Below are positions 20,801 to 35,800 of a DNA stretch of 64,000 nucleotides, piece after piece. Origin of the DNA: Nitrosopumilus sp. (GTDB taxonomy: Archaea > Thermoproteota > Nitrososphaeria > Nitrososphaerales > Nitrosopumilaceae); the NCBI GenBank assembly GCA_965205215.1, contig OZ242041.1, forward strand, positions 1,920,001 to 1,984,000. The letters are read 5' to 3'. The stretch's first letter is position 1; each line of letters opens with the position of its first letter. Position numbers and translations under genes: made by a program. The notes under the pieces were generated by a model, which was given only the letters and a program-made list of their open reading frames with translations, had not been told where the DNA came from and made no database searches.

Positions 20801-23800
20801 GAGGTGTCCCAGCCGGACATGTCGCCGTTGAAGGACGTGGCGCCCGAGAACATGTAGCTCGTGTCGGTGACGCTCGAGACGTTCCAGCCGGATATGTCGC
20901 CGTTGAAGGACGTGGCGCCCGAGAACATGTAGCTCGTGTCGGTGACGCTCGAGACGTTCCAGCCGGATATGTCGCCGTTGAAGGACGTGGCGGCGAGGAA
21001 CATGGCGTTCATGCCGGTGACGCTCGAGACGTTCCAGCCGGATATGTCGCCGTTGAAGGACGTGGCGGCGAGGAACATGGCGTTCATGCCGGTGACGCTC
21101 GAGACGTTCCAGCCGGATATGTCGCCGTTGAAGGACTCGGCGCCCGAGAACATGGAGCTCATGCCGGTGACGCTCGAGACGTTCCAGCCGGATATGTCGC
21201 CGTTGAAGGACTCGGCGTGGAGGAACATGAAGCTCGTGTCGGTGACGCCGGAGGTGTCCCAGCCTGATATGTTGCCGTTGAAGGACTCGGCATTTTCGAA
21301 CATGCTGTCCATGCGTGTTACGCCGGAGGTGTCCCAGCCGGACATGTCGCCGTTGAAGGACGTGGCGCCCGAGAACATGGAGCTCATGTCGGTGACGCCT
21401 GAGAGGTCCGGAGAGTCGGACGCATTGTACGTCATGCTGCTCGAGTCCCTGAACGCGGACGCCATGGACGACCACCGCGCGTAGCCCCACTGATCGATGC
21501 GCTGCAGCTTTTGGGCGTTTGCACTGTCGCCGCCTAGGAATATCCTCGTAAAGTCACCGGAGATCCGGACCGTGTAGTTTCCTGCAGAGGCGTACGTGTG
21601 GGATTGATCTCCCGTCACGCTGCTGCTGTTGGTGCCGTCGCCCCAGTATATGCTGTACGTGCCGGTGGCTCCGTCCACTGGAATCGTTATGGTCCTGTCG
21701 TTCATGGCGACTCCCCACATGGTGACAAAGTCCTCGTCAGGGTCGGCGCGGACGGTTACGGTAACCGTGTCGGCGGCGTAAAGCGTGCCGTCCGAGACGT
21801 TGAGCGTAAAGGTGTAGTCGGTGTCGGTTGTGACGCCGGGGGCCGTGAACGTGGGGGACTGGGCGGCGGTATCGCTGAGGGTGATGCCCGCAGGGGCGGT
21901 CCAGTTGTACGTCAGCGCGTCGTTGTCCGGGTCCGAGGATGCAGAGCCGTCGAGCGTGACGAGGGTACGCTCGTCCGCGGTCTGGTTGGCGCCGGCGTCG
22001 GCGACGGGGGCGCGGTTGACCTCGCGCACCGTTATGGTGACGGTGTCCGTGTCGGACAGGGTGCCGTCGGTGACGTTGAGGGTGAAGGTGTAGCCGGTGT
22101 CCGATGTCACGTCGGGGGCCGTGAACGTGGGGGACTGGGCGGCGGTGTCGCTCAGGGTGATGCCCGCAGGAGCGGTCCAGTTGTACGTTATGGTGTCGCC
22201 GTCGGGGTCAGACGACGCGGAGCCGTCGAGCGTGACGAGGGTCCGCTCGGACGCGGCCTTGTCTGCGCCAGCGTCCGCGTCGGGGGCGCGGTTGACGTGC
22301 CGCACCGTTATCGTGACGGTGTCCGTGTCAAACAGCTGGCCGTCGGTGACGTTGAGTGTGATGGTGTAGTTTGTATCGGACGCGACATCGGGGGCCGTGA
22401 ACGTGGGGGACTGGGCGGCGACATCGCTCAGGGTGATGCCCGCAGGGGCGGTCCAGCTGTACGTTATGGTGTCGCCGTCGGGGTCAGACGACGCGGAGCC
22501 GTCGAGGGTGACGAGGGTCCGCTCGTCCGCGGTCTGGTTGGCGCCGGCGTCCGCGACGGGGGCGCGGTTGACGTGCCGCACCGTTATCGTGACGGTGTCC
22601 GTGTCAAATAGGGAGCCGTCGGTGACGTTGAGGGTGAAGGTGTAGCCGGTGTCCGATGTCACGTCGGGGGCCGTGAACGTGGGGGACTGGGCGGCGGTGT
22701 CGCTCAGGGTGATGCCCGCAGGGGCGGTCCAGCTGTACGTTATGGTGTCGCCGTCGGGGTCAGACGACGCGGAGCCGTCGAGCGTGACGAGGGTACGCTC
22801 GTCCGCGGTCTGGTTGGCGCCGGCGTCCGCGACGGGGGCGCGGTTGACGTGCCGCACCGTTATCGTGACGGTGTCCGTGTCAAATAGGGAGCCGTCGGTG
22901 ACGTTGAGGGTGAAGGTGTAGCCGGTGTCCGATGTCACGTCGGGGGCCGTGAACGTGGGGGACTGGGCGGCGGTATCGCTCAGGGTGATGCCCGCAGGGG
23001 CGGTCCAGTTGTACGTCAGCGCGTCGTTGTCCGGGTCCGAGGATGCAGAGCCGTCGAGCGTGACGAGGGTACGCTCGTCCGCGGTCTGGTTGGCGCCGGC
23101 GTCCGCGACGGGGGCGCGGTTGACGTGCCGCACCGTTATCGTGACGGTGTCCGTGTCAAATAGGGAGCCGTCGGTGACGTTGAGGGTGAAGGTGTAGCCG
23201 GTGTCCGATGTCACGTCGGGGGCCGTGAACGTGGGGGACTGGGCGGCGGTATCGCTCAGGGTGATGCCCGCAGGGGCGGTCCAGTTGTACGTCAGCGCGT
23301 CGTTGTCCGGGTCCGAGGATGCAGAGCCGTCGAGCGTGACGAGGGTACGCTCGTCCGCGGTCTGGTTGGCGCCGGCATCGGCGGTGGGGGCGCGGTTGAC
23401 CTCGCGCACCGTTATGGTGACGGTGTCCGTGTCAAACAGCTGGCCGTCGGTGACGTTGAGGGTGAAGGTGTAGCCGGTGTCCGATGTCACGTCGGGGGCC
23501 GTGAACGTGGGGGACTGGGCGGCGACATCGCTCAGGGTGATGCCCGCAGGGGCGGTCCAGCTGTACGTTATGGTGTCGCCGTCGGGGTCAGACGACGCGG
23601 AGCCGTCGAGCGTGACGAGGGTCCGCTCGGACGCGGCCTTGTCTGCGCCAGCGTCCGCGTCGGGGGCGCGGTTGACGTGCCGCACCGTTATCGTGACGGT
23701 GTCCGTGTCAAACAGCTGGCCGTCGGTGACGTTGAGTGTGATGGTGTAGTTTGTATCGGACGCGACATCGGGGGCCGTGAACGTGGGGGACTGGGCGGCG

Positions 23801-26800
23801 ACATCGCTCAGGGTGATGCCCGCAGGGGCGGTCCAGCTGTACGTTATGGTGTCGCCGTCGGGATCCGAGGATGCAGAGCCGTCGAGCGTGACGAGGGTAC
23901 GCTCGTCCGCGGTCTGGTTGGCGCCGGCGTCCGCGACGGGGGCGCGGTTGACGTGCCGCACCGTTATCGTGACGGTGTCCGTGTCAAATAGGGAGCCGTC
24001 GGTGACGTTGAGGGTGAAGGTGTAGCCGGTGTCCGATGTCACGTCGGGGGCCGTGAACGTGGGGGACTGGGCGGCGGTATCGCTCAGGGTGATGCCCGCA
24101 GGGGCGGTCCAGTTGACGTGAACGTGGGGGACTGGGCGGCGGTATCGCTCAGGGTGATGCCCGCAGGGGCGGTCCAGTTGTACGTCAGCGCGTCGTTGTC
24201 CGGGTCCGAGGATGCAGAGCCGTCGAGCGTGACGAGGGTACGCTCGTCCGCGGTCTGGTTGGCGCCGGCGTCCGCGACGGGGGCGCGGTTGACGTGCCGC
24301 ACCGTTATGGTGACGGTGTCCGTGTCAAACAGCTGGCCGTCGGTGACGTTGAGGGTGAAGGTGTAGCCGGTGTCCGATGTCACGTCGGGGGCCGTGAACG
24401 TGGGGGACTGGGCGGCGGCGTCGCTCAGGGTGATGCCCGCAGGGGCGGTCCAGTTGTACGTCAGCGCGTCGTTGTCCGGGTCCGAGGATGCAGAGCCGTC
24501 GAGCGTGACGAGGGTACGCTCGTCCGCGGTCTGGTTGGCGCCGGCATCGGCGGTGGGGGCGCGGTTGACCTCGCGCACCGTTATGGTGACGGTGTCCGTG
24601 TCAAACAGCTGGCCGTCGGTGACGTTGAGGGTGAAGGTGTAGCCGGTGTCCGATGTCACGTCGGGGGCCGTGAACGTGGGGGACTGGGCGGCGACATCGC
24701 TCAGGGTGATGCCCGCAGGGGCGGTCCAGCTGTACGTTATGGTGTCGCCGTCGGGGTCAGACGACGCGGAGCCGTCGAGCGTGACGAGGGTCCGCTCGGA
24801 CGCGGCCTTGTCTGCGCCAGCGTCCGCGTCGGGGGCGCGGTTGACGTGCCGCACCGTTATCGTGACGGTGTCCGTGTCAAACAGCTGGCCGTCGGTGACG
24901 TTGAGTGTGATGGTGTAGTTTGTATCGGACGCGACATCGGGGGCCGTGAACGTGGGGGACTGGGCGGCGACATCGCTCAGGGTGATGCCCGCGGGCGCGG
25001 TCCAGTTGTACGTTATGGTGTCGCCGTCGGGATCCGAGGATGCAGAGCCGTCGAGCGTGACGAGGGTACGCTCGTCCGCGGTCTGGTTGGCGCCGGCGTC
25101 CGCGACGGGGGCGCGGTTGACGTGCCGCACCGTTATCGTGACGGTGTCCGTGTCAAATAGGGAGCCGTCGGTGACGTTGAGGGTGAAGGTGTAGCCGGTG
25201 TCCGATGTCACGTCGGGGGCCGTGAACGTGGGGGACTGGGCGGCGGTGTCGCTCAGGGTGATGCCCGCGGGCGCGGTCCAGTTGTACGTCAGCGCGTCGT
25301 TGTCCGGGTCCGAGGATGCAGAGCCGTCGAGCGTGACGAGGGTACGCTCGTCCGCGGTCTGGTTGGCGCCGGCATCGGCGGTGGGGGCGCGGTTGACCTC
25401 GCGCACCGTTATGGTGACGGTGTCCGTGTCAAACAGCTGGCCGTCGGTGACGTTGAGGGTGAAGGTGTAGCCGGTGTCCGATGTCACGTCGGGGGCCGTG
25501 AACGTGGGGGACTGGGCGGCGGCGTCGCTCAGGGTGATGCCCGCAGGGGCGGTCCAGTTGTACGTCAGCGCGTCGTTGTCCGGGTCCGAGGATGCAGAGC
25601 CGTCGAGCGTGACGAGGGTACGCTCGTCCGCGGTCTGGTTGGCGCCGGCATCGGCGGTGGGGGCGCGGTTGACCTCGCGCACCGTTATGGTGACGGTGTC
25701 CGTGTCAAACAGCTGGCCGTCGGTGACGTTGAGGGTGAAGGTGTAGCCGGTGTCCGATGTCACGTCGGGGGCCGTGAACGTGGGGGACTGGGCGGCGGCG
25801 TCGCTCAGGGTGATGCCCGCAGGGGCGGTCCAGCTGTACGTTATGGTGTCGCCGTCGGGGTCAGACGACGCGGAGCCGTCGAGCGTGACGAGGGTCCGCT
25901 CGGACGCGGCCTTGTCTGCGCCAGCGTCCGCGTCGGGGGCGCGGTTGACGTGCCGCACCGTTATCGTGACGGTGTCCGTGTCAAACAGCTGGCCGTCGGT
26001 GACGTTGAGTGTGATGGTGTAGTTTGTATCGGACGCGACATCGGGGGCCGTGAACGTGGGGGACTGGGCGGCGACATCGCTCAGGGTGATGCCCGCGGGC
26101 GCGGTCCAGTTGTACGTTATGGTGTCGCCGTCGGGATCCGAGGATGCAGAGCCGTCGAGCGTGACGAGGGTACGCTCGTCCGCGGTCTGGTTGGCGCCGG
26201 CGTCCGCGACGGGGGCGCGGTTGACGTGCCGCACCGTTATCGTGACGGTGTCCGTCAAATAGGGAGCCGTCGGTGACGTTGAGGGTGAAGGTGTAGCCGT
26301 CCGATGTCACGTCGGGGGCCGTGGGGGGACTGGGCGGCTGGTTGTCGCCGGCGTCCGCGACGGGGGCGCGGTTGACGTGCCGCACCGTTATCGTGACGGT
26401 GTCCGTGTCAAATAGGGAGCCGTCGGTGACGTGACGAGGGTACCGGTGTCCGATGTCACGTCGGGGGCCGTGAACGTGGGGGACTGGGCGGCGGTGTCGC
26501 TCAGGGTGATGCCCGCGGGCGCGGTCCAGTTGTACGTCAGCGCGTCGTTGTCCGGGTCCGAGGATGCAGAGCCGTCGAGCGTGACGAGGGTACGCTCGTC
26601 CGCGGTCTGGTTGGCGCCGGCATCGGCGGTGGGGGCGCGGTTGACCTCGCGCACCGTTATGGTGACGGTGTCCGTGTCAAACAGCTGGCCGTCGGTGACG
26701 TTGAGGGTGAAGGTGTAGCCGGTGTCCGATGTCACGTCGGGGGCCGTGAACGTGGGGGACTGGGCGGCGGTGTCGCTCAGGGTGATGCCCGCGGGCGCGG

Positions 26801-29800
26801 TCCAGTTGTACGTCAGCGCGTCGTTGTCCGGGTCCGAGGATGCAGAGCCGTCGAGCGTGACGAGGGTACGCTCGTCCGCGGTCTGGTTGGCGCCGGCATC
26901 GGCGGTGGGGGCGCGGTTGACCTCGCGCACCGTTATGGTGACGGTGTCCGTGTCAAACAGCTGGCCGTCGGTGACGTTGAGGGTGAAGGTGTAGCCGGTG
27001 TCCGATGTCACGTCGGGGGCCGTGAACGTGGGGGACTGGGCGGCGGTATCGCTGAGGGTGATGCCCGCGGGCGCGGTCCAGCTGTACGTTATGGTGTCGC
27101 CGTCCGGATCTGAAGATGCAGAACCGTCGAGCGTGACGAGGGTACGCTCGTCCGCGGTCTGGTTGGCGCCGGCATCGGCGGTGGGGGCGCGGTTGACCTC
27201 GCGCACCGTTATGGTGACGGTGTCCGTGTCAAACAGCTGGCCGTCGGTGACGTTGAGGGTGAAGGTGTAGCCGGTGTCCGATGTCACGTCGGGGGCCGTG
27301 AACGTGGGGGACTGGGCGGCGGTGTCGCTGAGGGTGATGCCCGCGGGCGCGGTCCAGTTGTACGTCAGCGCGTCGCCGTCCGGGTCCGAGGACGCGGAGC
27401 CGTCGAGGGTGACGGTGGTCCGCTCGGACGCGGCCTTGTCTGCGCCAGCGTCCGCGTCGGGGGCGCGGTTGACCTCGCGCACCGTTATGGTGACGGTGTC
27501 CGTGTCAAACAGCTGGCCGTCGGTGACGTTGAGGGTGAAGGTGTAGCCGGTGTCCGATGTCACGTCGGGGGCCGTGAACGTGGGGGACTGGGCGGCGGTG
27601 TCGCTGAGGGTGATGCCCGCGGGCGCGGTCCAGTTGTACGTTATGGTGTCGCCGTCCGGGTCCGAGGACGCGGAGCCGTCGAGGGTGACGGTGGTCCGCT
27701 CGTCCGCGGTCTGGTTGGCCCCCGCGTCGGCGGTGGGGGCGCGGTTGACGTGCCGCACCGTTACGGTTACGGTATCCGTGTCGGACAGGGTGCCGTCGGA
27801 GACTTCCAGCGTCAGGGTGTAGTCAGTGTCCGATGTCACGTCGGGGGCCGTGAACGTGGGGGACTGGGCGGCGGTATCGCTGAGGGTGATGCCCGCGGGC
27901 GCGGTCCAGTTGTACGTTATGGTGTCGCCGTCCGGATCTGAAGATGCAGAACCGTCTAGCGTGACGAGGGTACGCTCGCTTGCCGACTGGTTGGCGCCGG
28001 CGTCCGCGACGGGTGCGCGGTTGACGTGCCGCACCGTTACGGTTACGGTATCCGTGTCGGACAGGGAGCCGTCGGTGACGTTGAGGGTGAAGGTGTAGCC
28101 GGTGTCAGATGTAACTTCGGGGGCCATGAACGTGGGGGACTGGGCGGCGGCGTCGCTCAGGGTGATGCCCGCAGGGGCGGTCCAGTTGTACGTCAGCATG
28201 TCGCCGTCGGGGTCAGACGACGCGGAGCCGTCTAGCGTGACGAGGGTCCGTTCGGACGCGGCCTTGTCTGCGCCGGCGTCGGCGACGGGGGCGCGGTTGA
28301 CGTGCCGCACCGTTACGGTTACGGTATCCGTGTCGGACAGGGAGCCGTCGGAGACTTCCAGCGTCAGGGTGTAGTCAGTGTCCGATGTCACGTCGGGGGC
28401 CGTGAACGTGGGGGACTGGGCGGCGGTATCGCTGAGGGTGATGCCCGCGGGCGCGGTCCAGTTGTACGTTATGGTGTCGCCGTCCGGATCTGAAGATGCA
28501 GAACCGTCTAGCGTGACGAGGGTACGCTCGCTTGCCGACTGGTTGGCGCCGGCGTCCGCGACGGGTGCGCGGTTGACGTGCCGCACCGTTACGGTTACGG
28601 TATCCGTGTCGGACAGGGAGCCGTCGGTGACGTTGAGGGTGAAGGTGTAGCCGGTGTCAGATGTAACTTCGGGGGCCATGAACGTGGGGGACTGGGCGGC
28701 GGCGTCGCTCAGGGTGATGCCCGCAGGGGCGGTCCAGTTGTACGTCAGCATGTCGCCGTCGGGGTCAGACGACGCGGAGCCGTCTAGCGTGACGAGGGTC
28801 CGTTCGGACGCGGCCTTGTCTGCGCCGGCGTCGGCGACGGGGGCGCGGTTGACGTGCCGCACCGTTACGGTTACGGTATCCGTGTCGGACAGGGAGCCGT
28901 CGGAGACTTCCAGCGTCAGGGTGTAGTCAGTGTCCGATGTCACGTCGGGGGCCGTGAACGTGGGGGACTGGGCGGCGGTATCGCTGAGGGTGATGCCCGC
29001 GGGCGCGGTCCAGTTGTACGTCAGGGCGTCGCCGTCCGGGTCCGAGGACGCGGAGCCGTCGAGGGTGACTGTAGTCCGCTCGTCCGCGGTCTGGTTGGCC
29101 CCCGCGTCGGCGACGGGGGCGCGGTTGACGTGCCGCACCGTTACGGTTACGGTATCCGTGTCGGACAGGGAGCCGTCGGTGACGTTGAGGGTGAAGGTGT
29201 AGCCGGTGTCAGATGTAACTTCGGGGGCCATGAACGTGGGGGACTGGGCGGCGACATCGCTCAGGGTGATGCCCGCAGGGGCGGTCCAGTTGTACGTCAG
29301 CATGTCGCCGTCGGGGTCAGACGACGCGGAGCCGTCTAGCGTGACGAGGGTCCGTTCGGACGCGGCCTTGTCTGCGCCGGCGTCGGCGACGGGGGCGCGG
29401 TTGACGTGCCGCACCGTTATGGTGACGGTATCCGTGTCGGACAGGGAGCCGTCGGAGACTTCCAGCGTCAGGGTGTAGTCAGTGTCCGATGTCACGTCGG
29501 GGGCCGTGAACGTGGGGGACTGGGCGGCGGCGTTGCTCAGGGTTATACCCGCGGGCGCGGTCCAGTTGTACGTCAGGGCGTCGTTGTCCGGGTCCGAGGA
29601 CGCGGAGCCGTCGAGGGTGACTGTAGTCCGCTCGTCCGCGGTCTGGTTGGCCCCCGCGTCGGCGACGGGGGCGCGGTTGACGTGCCGCACCGTTATGGTG
29701 ACGGTGTCCGTGTCGGACAGGGTGCCGTCGGAGACTTCCAGCGTCAGGGTGTAGTCAGTGTCCGATGTCACGTCGGGGGCCGTGAACGTGGGGGACTGGG

Positions 29801-32800
29801 CGGCGGTATCGCTGAGGGTGATGCCCGCGGGCGCGGTCCAGTTGTACGTCAGCGCGTCGTTGTCCGGGTCCGAGGACGCGGAGCCGTCGAGGGTGACTGT
29901 AGTCCGCTCGTCCGCGGTCTGGTTGGCCCCCGCGTCGGCGACGGGGGCGCGGTTGACGTGCCGCACCGTTATGGTGACGGTGTCCGTGTCGGACAGGGTG
30001 CCGTCGGAGACTTCCAGCGTCAGGGTGTAGTCAGTGTCCGATGTCACGTCGGGGGCCGTGAACGTGGGGGACTGGGCGGCGGCGTTGCTCAGGGTTATAC
30101 CCGCGGGCGCGGTCCAGTTGTACGTCAGGGCGTCGCCGTCCGGGTCCGAGGACGCGGAGCCGTCGAGGGTGACTGTAGTCCGCTCGTCCGCGGTCTGGTT
30201 GGCCCCCGCGTCGGCGACGGGGGCGCGGTTGACGTGCCGCACCGTTATGGTGACGGTGTCCGTGTCGGACAGGGTGCCGTCGGAGACTTCCAGCGTCAGG
30301 GTGTAGTCAGTGTCCGATGTCACGTCGGGGGCCGTGAACGTGGGGGACTGGGCGGCGGCGTTGCTCAGGGTTATACCCGCGGGCGCCGTCCAGCTGTACG
30401 TTATGGTGTCGCCGTCCGGGTCCGAGGACGCGGAGCCGTCGAGCGTGACGAGGGTACGCTCGCTTGCCGACTGGTTGGCGCCGGCGTCCGCGACGGGTGC
30501 GCGGTTGACGTGCCGCACCGTTACGGTTACGGTATCCGTGTCGGACAGGGTGCCGTCGGAGACTTCCAGCGTCAGGGTGTAGTCAGTGTCCGATGTCACG
30601 TCGGGGGCCGTGAACGTGGGGGACTGGGCGGCGGTATCGCTGAGGGTGATGCCCGCGGGCGCGGTCCAGTTGTACGTCAGCGCGTCGTTGTCCGGGTCCG
30701 AGGACGCGGAGCCGTCGAGGGTGACTGTAGTCCGCTCGTCCGCGGTCTGGTTGGCCCCCGCGTCGGCGACGGGGGCGCGGTTGACGTGCCGCACCGTTAC
30801 GGTTACGGTGTCCGTGTCGGACAGGGTGCCGTCGGAGACTTCCAGCGTCAGGGTGTAGTCAGTGTCCGATGTCACGTCGGGGGCCGTGAACGTGGGGGAC
30901 TGGGCGGCGGCGTTGCTCAGGGTTATACCCGCGGGCGCGGTCCAGTTGTACGTCAGGGCGTCGCCGTCCGGGTCCGAGGACGCGGAGCCGTCGAGGGTGA
31001 CTGTAGTCCGCTCGTCCGCGGTCTGGTTGGCCCCCGCGTCGGCGACGGGGGCGCGGTTGACGTGCCGCACCGTTATGGTGACGGTGTCCGTGTCGGACAG
31101 GGTGCCGTCGGAGACTTCCAGCGTCAGGGTGTAGTCAGTGTCAGATGCAACCTCGGGGGCCGTGAACGTGGGGGACTGGGCGGCGGCGTTGCTCAGGGTT
31201 ATACCCGCGGGCGCCGTCCAGCTGTACGTTATGGTGTCGCCGTCCGGGTCCGAGGACGCGGAGCCGTCGAGCGTGACGAGGGTACGCTCGCTTGCCGACT
31301 GGTTGGCGCCGGCGTCCGCGACGGGTGCGCGGTTGACGTGCCGCACCGTTACGGTTACGGTATCCGTGTCGGACAGGGTGCCGTCGGAGACTTCCAGCGT
31401 CAGGGTGTAGTCAGTGTCCGATGTCACGTCGGGGGCCGTGAACGTGGGGGACTGGGCGGCGGTATCGCTGAGGGTGATGCCCGCGGGCGCGGTCCAGTTG
31501 TACGTCAGCGCGTCGTTGTCCGGGTCCGAGGATGAGGAGCCGTCGAGGGTGACGGTGGTCCGCTCGTCCACGGCTTGGTCGGGGCCGGCGTCCGCAATGG
31601 GTGCGCGGTTGACGTGCCGCACCGTTACGGTTACGGTATCCGTGTCGGACAGGGTGCCGTCGGAGACTTCCAGCGTCAGGGTGTAGTCAGTGTCAGATGC
31701 AACCTCGGGGGCCGTGAACGTGGGGGACTGGGCGGCGGTATCGCTGAGGGTGATGCCCGCGGGCGCGGTCCAGTTGTACGTCAGCGCGTCGCCGTCCAGA
31801 TCAGAGGACGCGGAACCATCGAGTGTCACTGGCATGCGCTCGTCCACGACTTGGTCGGGGCCGGCGTCCGCAATGGGGGCGCGGTTGACGTGCCGCACCG
31901 TTACGGTTACGGTGTCGGTTGCAGAAACGGCGTTGTCAGAAACACCAAGCGTGATGGTGTAGTTTGTATCGGACGTGACCTCGGGTGCCGTGAAGGTGGG
32001 TGACGCGGTGCTGGCGCCCCGGAGGGTGATGCCCTCAGGTGCCGTCCAGCCGTACGTCAGCGCATCGCCGTCCGGATCCGAGGACGCGGAGCCGTTGAGC
32101 GTGACGGTCGTCCGCTCGTCCACGGTTTGGTCGGGGCCGGCGTCCGCTGCAGGGGCGCGGTTGACGTGCCGGACGGTTATGGTGACGGTGTCCGTGTCAT
32201 GCAGGGTACCGTCCGTGACGTTGAGCGTAATGGTGTAGTCGGTGTCAGATGCGACCTCGGGGGCCGTAAAGGTGGGTGACGCGGCGCTGGCGTTGCTGAG
32301 GGTTATGTCCGAGGGTGCGGTCCAGCTGTACGATATCTGATCGCCTTCGGGATCCGAGGACGCGGAGCCGTCGAGCGTGACGGTCGTCCGCTCGTCCACG
32401 GCTTGGTCGGGGCCAGCGTCCGCTGCGGGGGCGCGGTTGACGTGCCGCACCGTTATGGTGACGGTGTCCGTGTCGGACAGGGTGCCGTCCGTGACGTTGA
32501 GCGTAATGGTGTAGTCGGTGTCAAATGCGACCTCGGGGGCCGTGAAGGTGGGTGACGCGGCGCTGGCGTTGCTGAGGGCTATGCCGGAGGGTGCGGTCCA
32601 GCTGTACGTCAGCGTGTCGCCGTCCAGATCAGAGGACGCGGAGCCGTCGAGCGTCACGACCGTGCGCTCGTCCACGGCTTGGTCGGGGCCAGCGTCCGCT
32701 GCGGGGGCGCGGTTGACGTGGCGGACAGTTATGGTGACGGTGTCGGTTGCAGAAACAATGTTGTCAGAGACACCAAGCGTGATGGTGTAGTTTGTATCGG

Positions 32801-35800
32801 ACGTGACCTCGGGTGCCGTGAAGGTGGGGGACGCGGTGACGGCGCCCCGGAGGGTGATGCCCTCAGGTGCCGTCCAGCTGTACGTTATAAAATTGCCGTC
32901 CGGGTCCGAGGAGCCGGAGCCGTCGAGCGTGACGGTCGTCCGCTCGTCCACGGCTTGGTCGGGGCCGGCGTCGGCGACGGGGGCGCGGTTGACGTGGCGG
33001 ACGGTTATGGTGACGGTGTCCGTGTCGGACAGGGTGCCGTCCGTGACGTTGAGCGTAATGGTGTAGTCGGTGTCAGATGCGACCTCGGGGGCCGTAAAGG
33101 TGGGTGACGCGGCGCTGGCGTTGCTGAGGGTTATGTCCGAGGGTGCGGTCCAGCTGTACGATATCTGATCGCCTTCGGGATCCGAGGACGCGGAGCCGTC
33201 GAGCGTCACGACCGTGCGCTCGTCCACGGCTTGGTCGGGGCCGGCGTCGGCGACGGGGGCGCGGTTGGCATGCAGGACGACGGTGACCGGATTGTCCGGC
33301 GATGCCGCGATTGCGTTTCCCGACCTGTCGCTGATGGCGCCGGCGGCAATATCGAGCTGCGGCATGGCAAGGGGTATGGCCTCTGCAAGCTGAGTGGCGT
33401 TGAGCGTGACGTATATGATAACGCCGTCAGAGGCGGTGTTGAGCGTGGCTCCGTCTAGAGGTATCTGATCCACATAGCCGGCCTCGCTTAGGAAGAGTCT
33501 GTCAAGATTCACGTTACTGGGTGGGGTCACATCGATCATATCGTTGAATACCAGGGTCAGAATACCGGTCACCTCGTTCAGGGAGGCGGCCGTCAGGGAG
33601 GGCGGCGTAACATCAGCAAATGTCGAGCCCAAGAAAACGACGTGGACGGCGCCCCTGTCGCTGCCGTCTGCGTCGTCCCTATCGGCGCCGATCGCCAGGT
33701 CCAACACAACATCGCCGTCCAGGTCGCCGAGAGGCGCGACGGACGTCCCAAAGCGGTCGCCGTCGTCCAGTACAGGGCCGTCTGCGGTGTTGCCGTTGAT
33801 CTCCGCGGTGCGCTTTACAGTGCCGTCGGAGTTCATGAACATGACGTGGACGGCGCCCCTGCTGTTGCCACCTGCATCATCCTGATTGGCGCCGGCCGCC
33901 AGGTCCGGCACGCCGTCGCCGTCCAGGTCGCCGGGGGACGCGACAGACGTCCCAAAGCGGTCGCCGTCGTCCAGTACAGGGCCGTCTGCGGTGTTGCCGT
34001 TGATCTCCGCGGTGCTCTTTACAGTGCCGTCGGAGTTCATGAACATGACATGGACGGCGCCCCTGTCGCTGCCGTCTGCGTCGTCGGCGCCGGCGCCGAC
34101 CGCCAGGTCCGGCACGCCGTCGCCGTCCAGGTCGCCGAGGGGCGCGACGGACGTCCCAAATTGGTCGTCGTCGTCCAGTACAGGGCCGTCTGCGGTGTTG
34201 TCGTTGATCTCCGCGGTGCGCTTTACAGTGCCGTCGGAGTTCATGAACATGACGTGGACGGCGCCTCTGCGGAAGCCGTCTCCATTGTCCAGAATGGCGC
34301 CGGCCGCCAGGTCCGGCACGCCGTCGCCGTCCAAGTCGCCGGGGGACGCGACGGACGTCCCAAAGCGGTCGCCATCTGACAGGGACGGGCCGTTTGCGGT
34401 GTTGGCGTTGATCTCCGCGGTGCTCTTTACAGTGCCGTCGGAGTTCATGAACATGACATGGACGGCGCCCCTGTTGGTGCCGCCCGCGCCGTCGCCGACG
34501 GCGCCGGCCGCCAGGTCCGGCACGCCGTCGCCGTCCAGGTCGCCGGGGGACGCGACGGATCTTCCAAAGAAGTCGTCGTCGTCCAGTACAGGGCCGTCTG
34601 CGGTGTTGTCGTTGATCTCCGCGGTGCGCTTTACAGTGCCGTCGGAGTTCATGAACACGACGTGGACGGCGCCCCTGTTGGTGCCGCCCGCGCCGTCGCC
34701 GACGGCGCCGGCCGCCAGGTCCGGCACGCCGTCGCCGTCCAGGTCGCCGGGGGACGCGACGGATCTTCCAAAGCGGTCGTCGTCGTCCAGTACAGGGCCG
34801 TCTGCGGTGTTGTCGTTGATCTCCGCGGTGCGCTTTACAGTGCCGTCGGAGTTCATGAACACGACGTGGACGGCGCCCCTGTTGGTGCCATCCGTGTCGT
34901 CCAGAAAGGCGCCGGCCGCCAGGTCCGGCACGCCGTCGCCGTCCAGGTCGCCGGGGGACGCGACGGATCTTCCAAAGCGGTCGGCGCTGGACAGGGACGG
35001 GCCGTCTGCGGTGTTGGCGTTGATCTCCGCGGTGCGCTTTACAGTGCCGTCGGAGTTCATGAACATGACGTGGACGGCGCCCTCGTCCATTCCATCCGTG
35101 TCGTCCAGAATGGCACCGGCCGCGAGATCCGGCACGCCGTCGCCGTCCAGGTCGCCGAGGGGCGCGACGGACGCCCCAAAGCGGTCGTCGTCGTCCAGTA
35201 CAGGGCCGTCTGCGGTGTTGTCGTTGATCTCCGCGGTGCTCTTTACAGTGCCGTCGGAGTTCATGAACATGACGTGGACGGCGCCCCTGTTGGTGCCGCC
35301 TGCGTCGTCCCAAAGAGCGCCGGCCGCCAGGTCCGGCACGCCGTCGCCGTCCAGGTCGCCGGGGGACGCGACGGATATCCCAAATCTGTCGTTGTCGGAC
35401 AGGGACGGGCCGTTTGCGGTGTTGTCGTTGATCTCCGCGGTGCGCTTTACAGTGCCGTCGGAGTTCATGAACATGACGTGGACGGTGCCCCTGTTGGTGC
35501 CGCCTTCGTCATCGGCGTGGGCGCCGGCCGCCAGGTCCGGCACGCCGTCGCCGTCCAGGTCGCCGGGGGACGCGACGGATATCCCAAATCTGTCGTTGTC
35601 GGACAGGGACGGGCCGTTTGCGGTGTTGTCGTTGATCTCCGCGGTGCGCTTTACAGTGCCGTCGGAGTTCATGAACATGACGTGGACGGTGCCGTTGCCG
35701 ACGGCGCCGGCCGCCAGGTCCGGCACGCCGTCGCCGTCCAGGTCGCCGAGGGGCGCGACGGATATCCCAAAGTTGGCTCCGTCGTCCAGTACCGGCCCGT

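Noticed and set aside
20310-21400. Regular 75-bp repeats resembling a CRISPR array
   Set aside because: In-frame 25-aa BspA coding repeats; no unique spacers and no cas genes.
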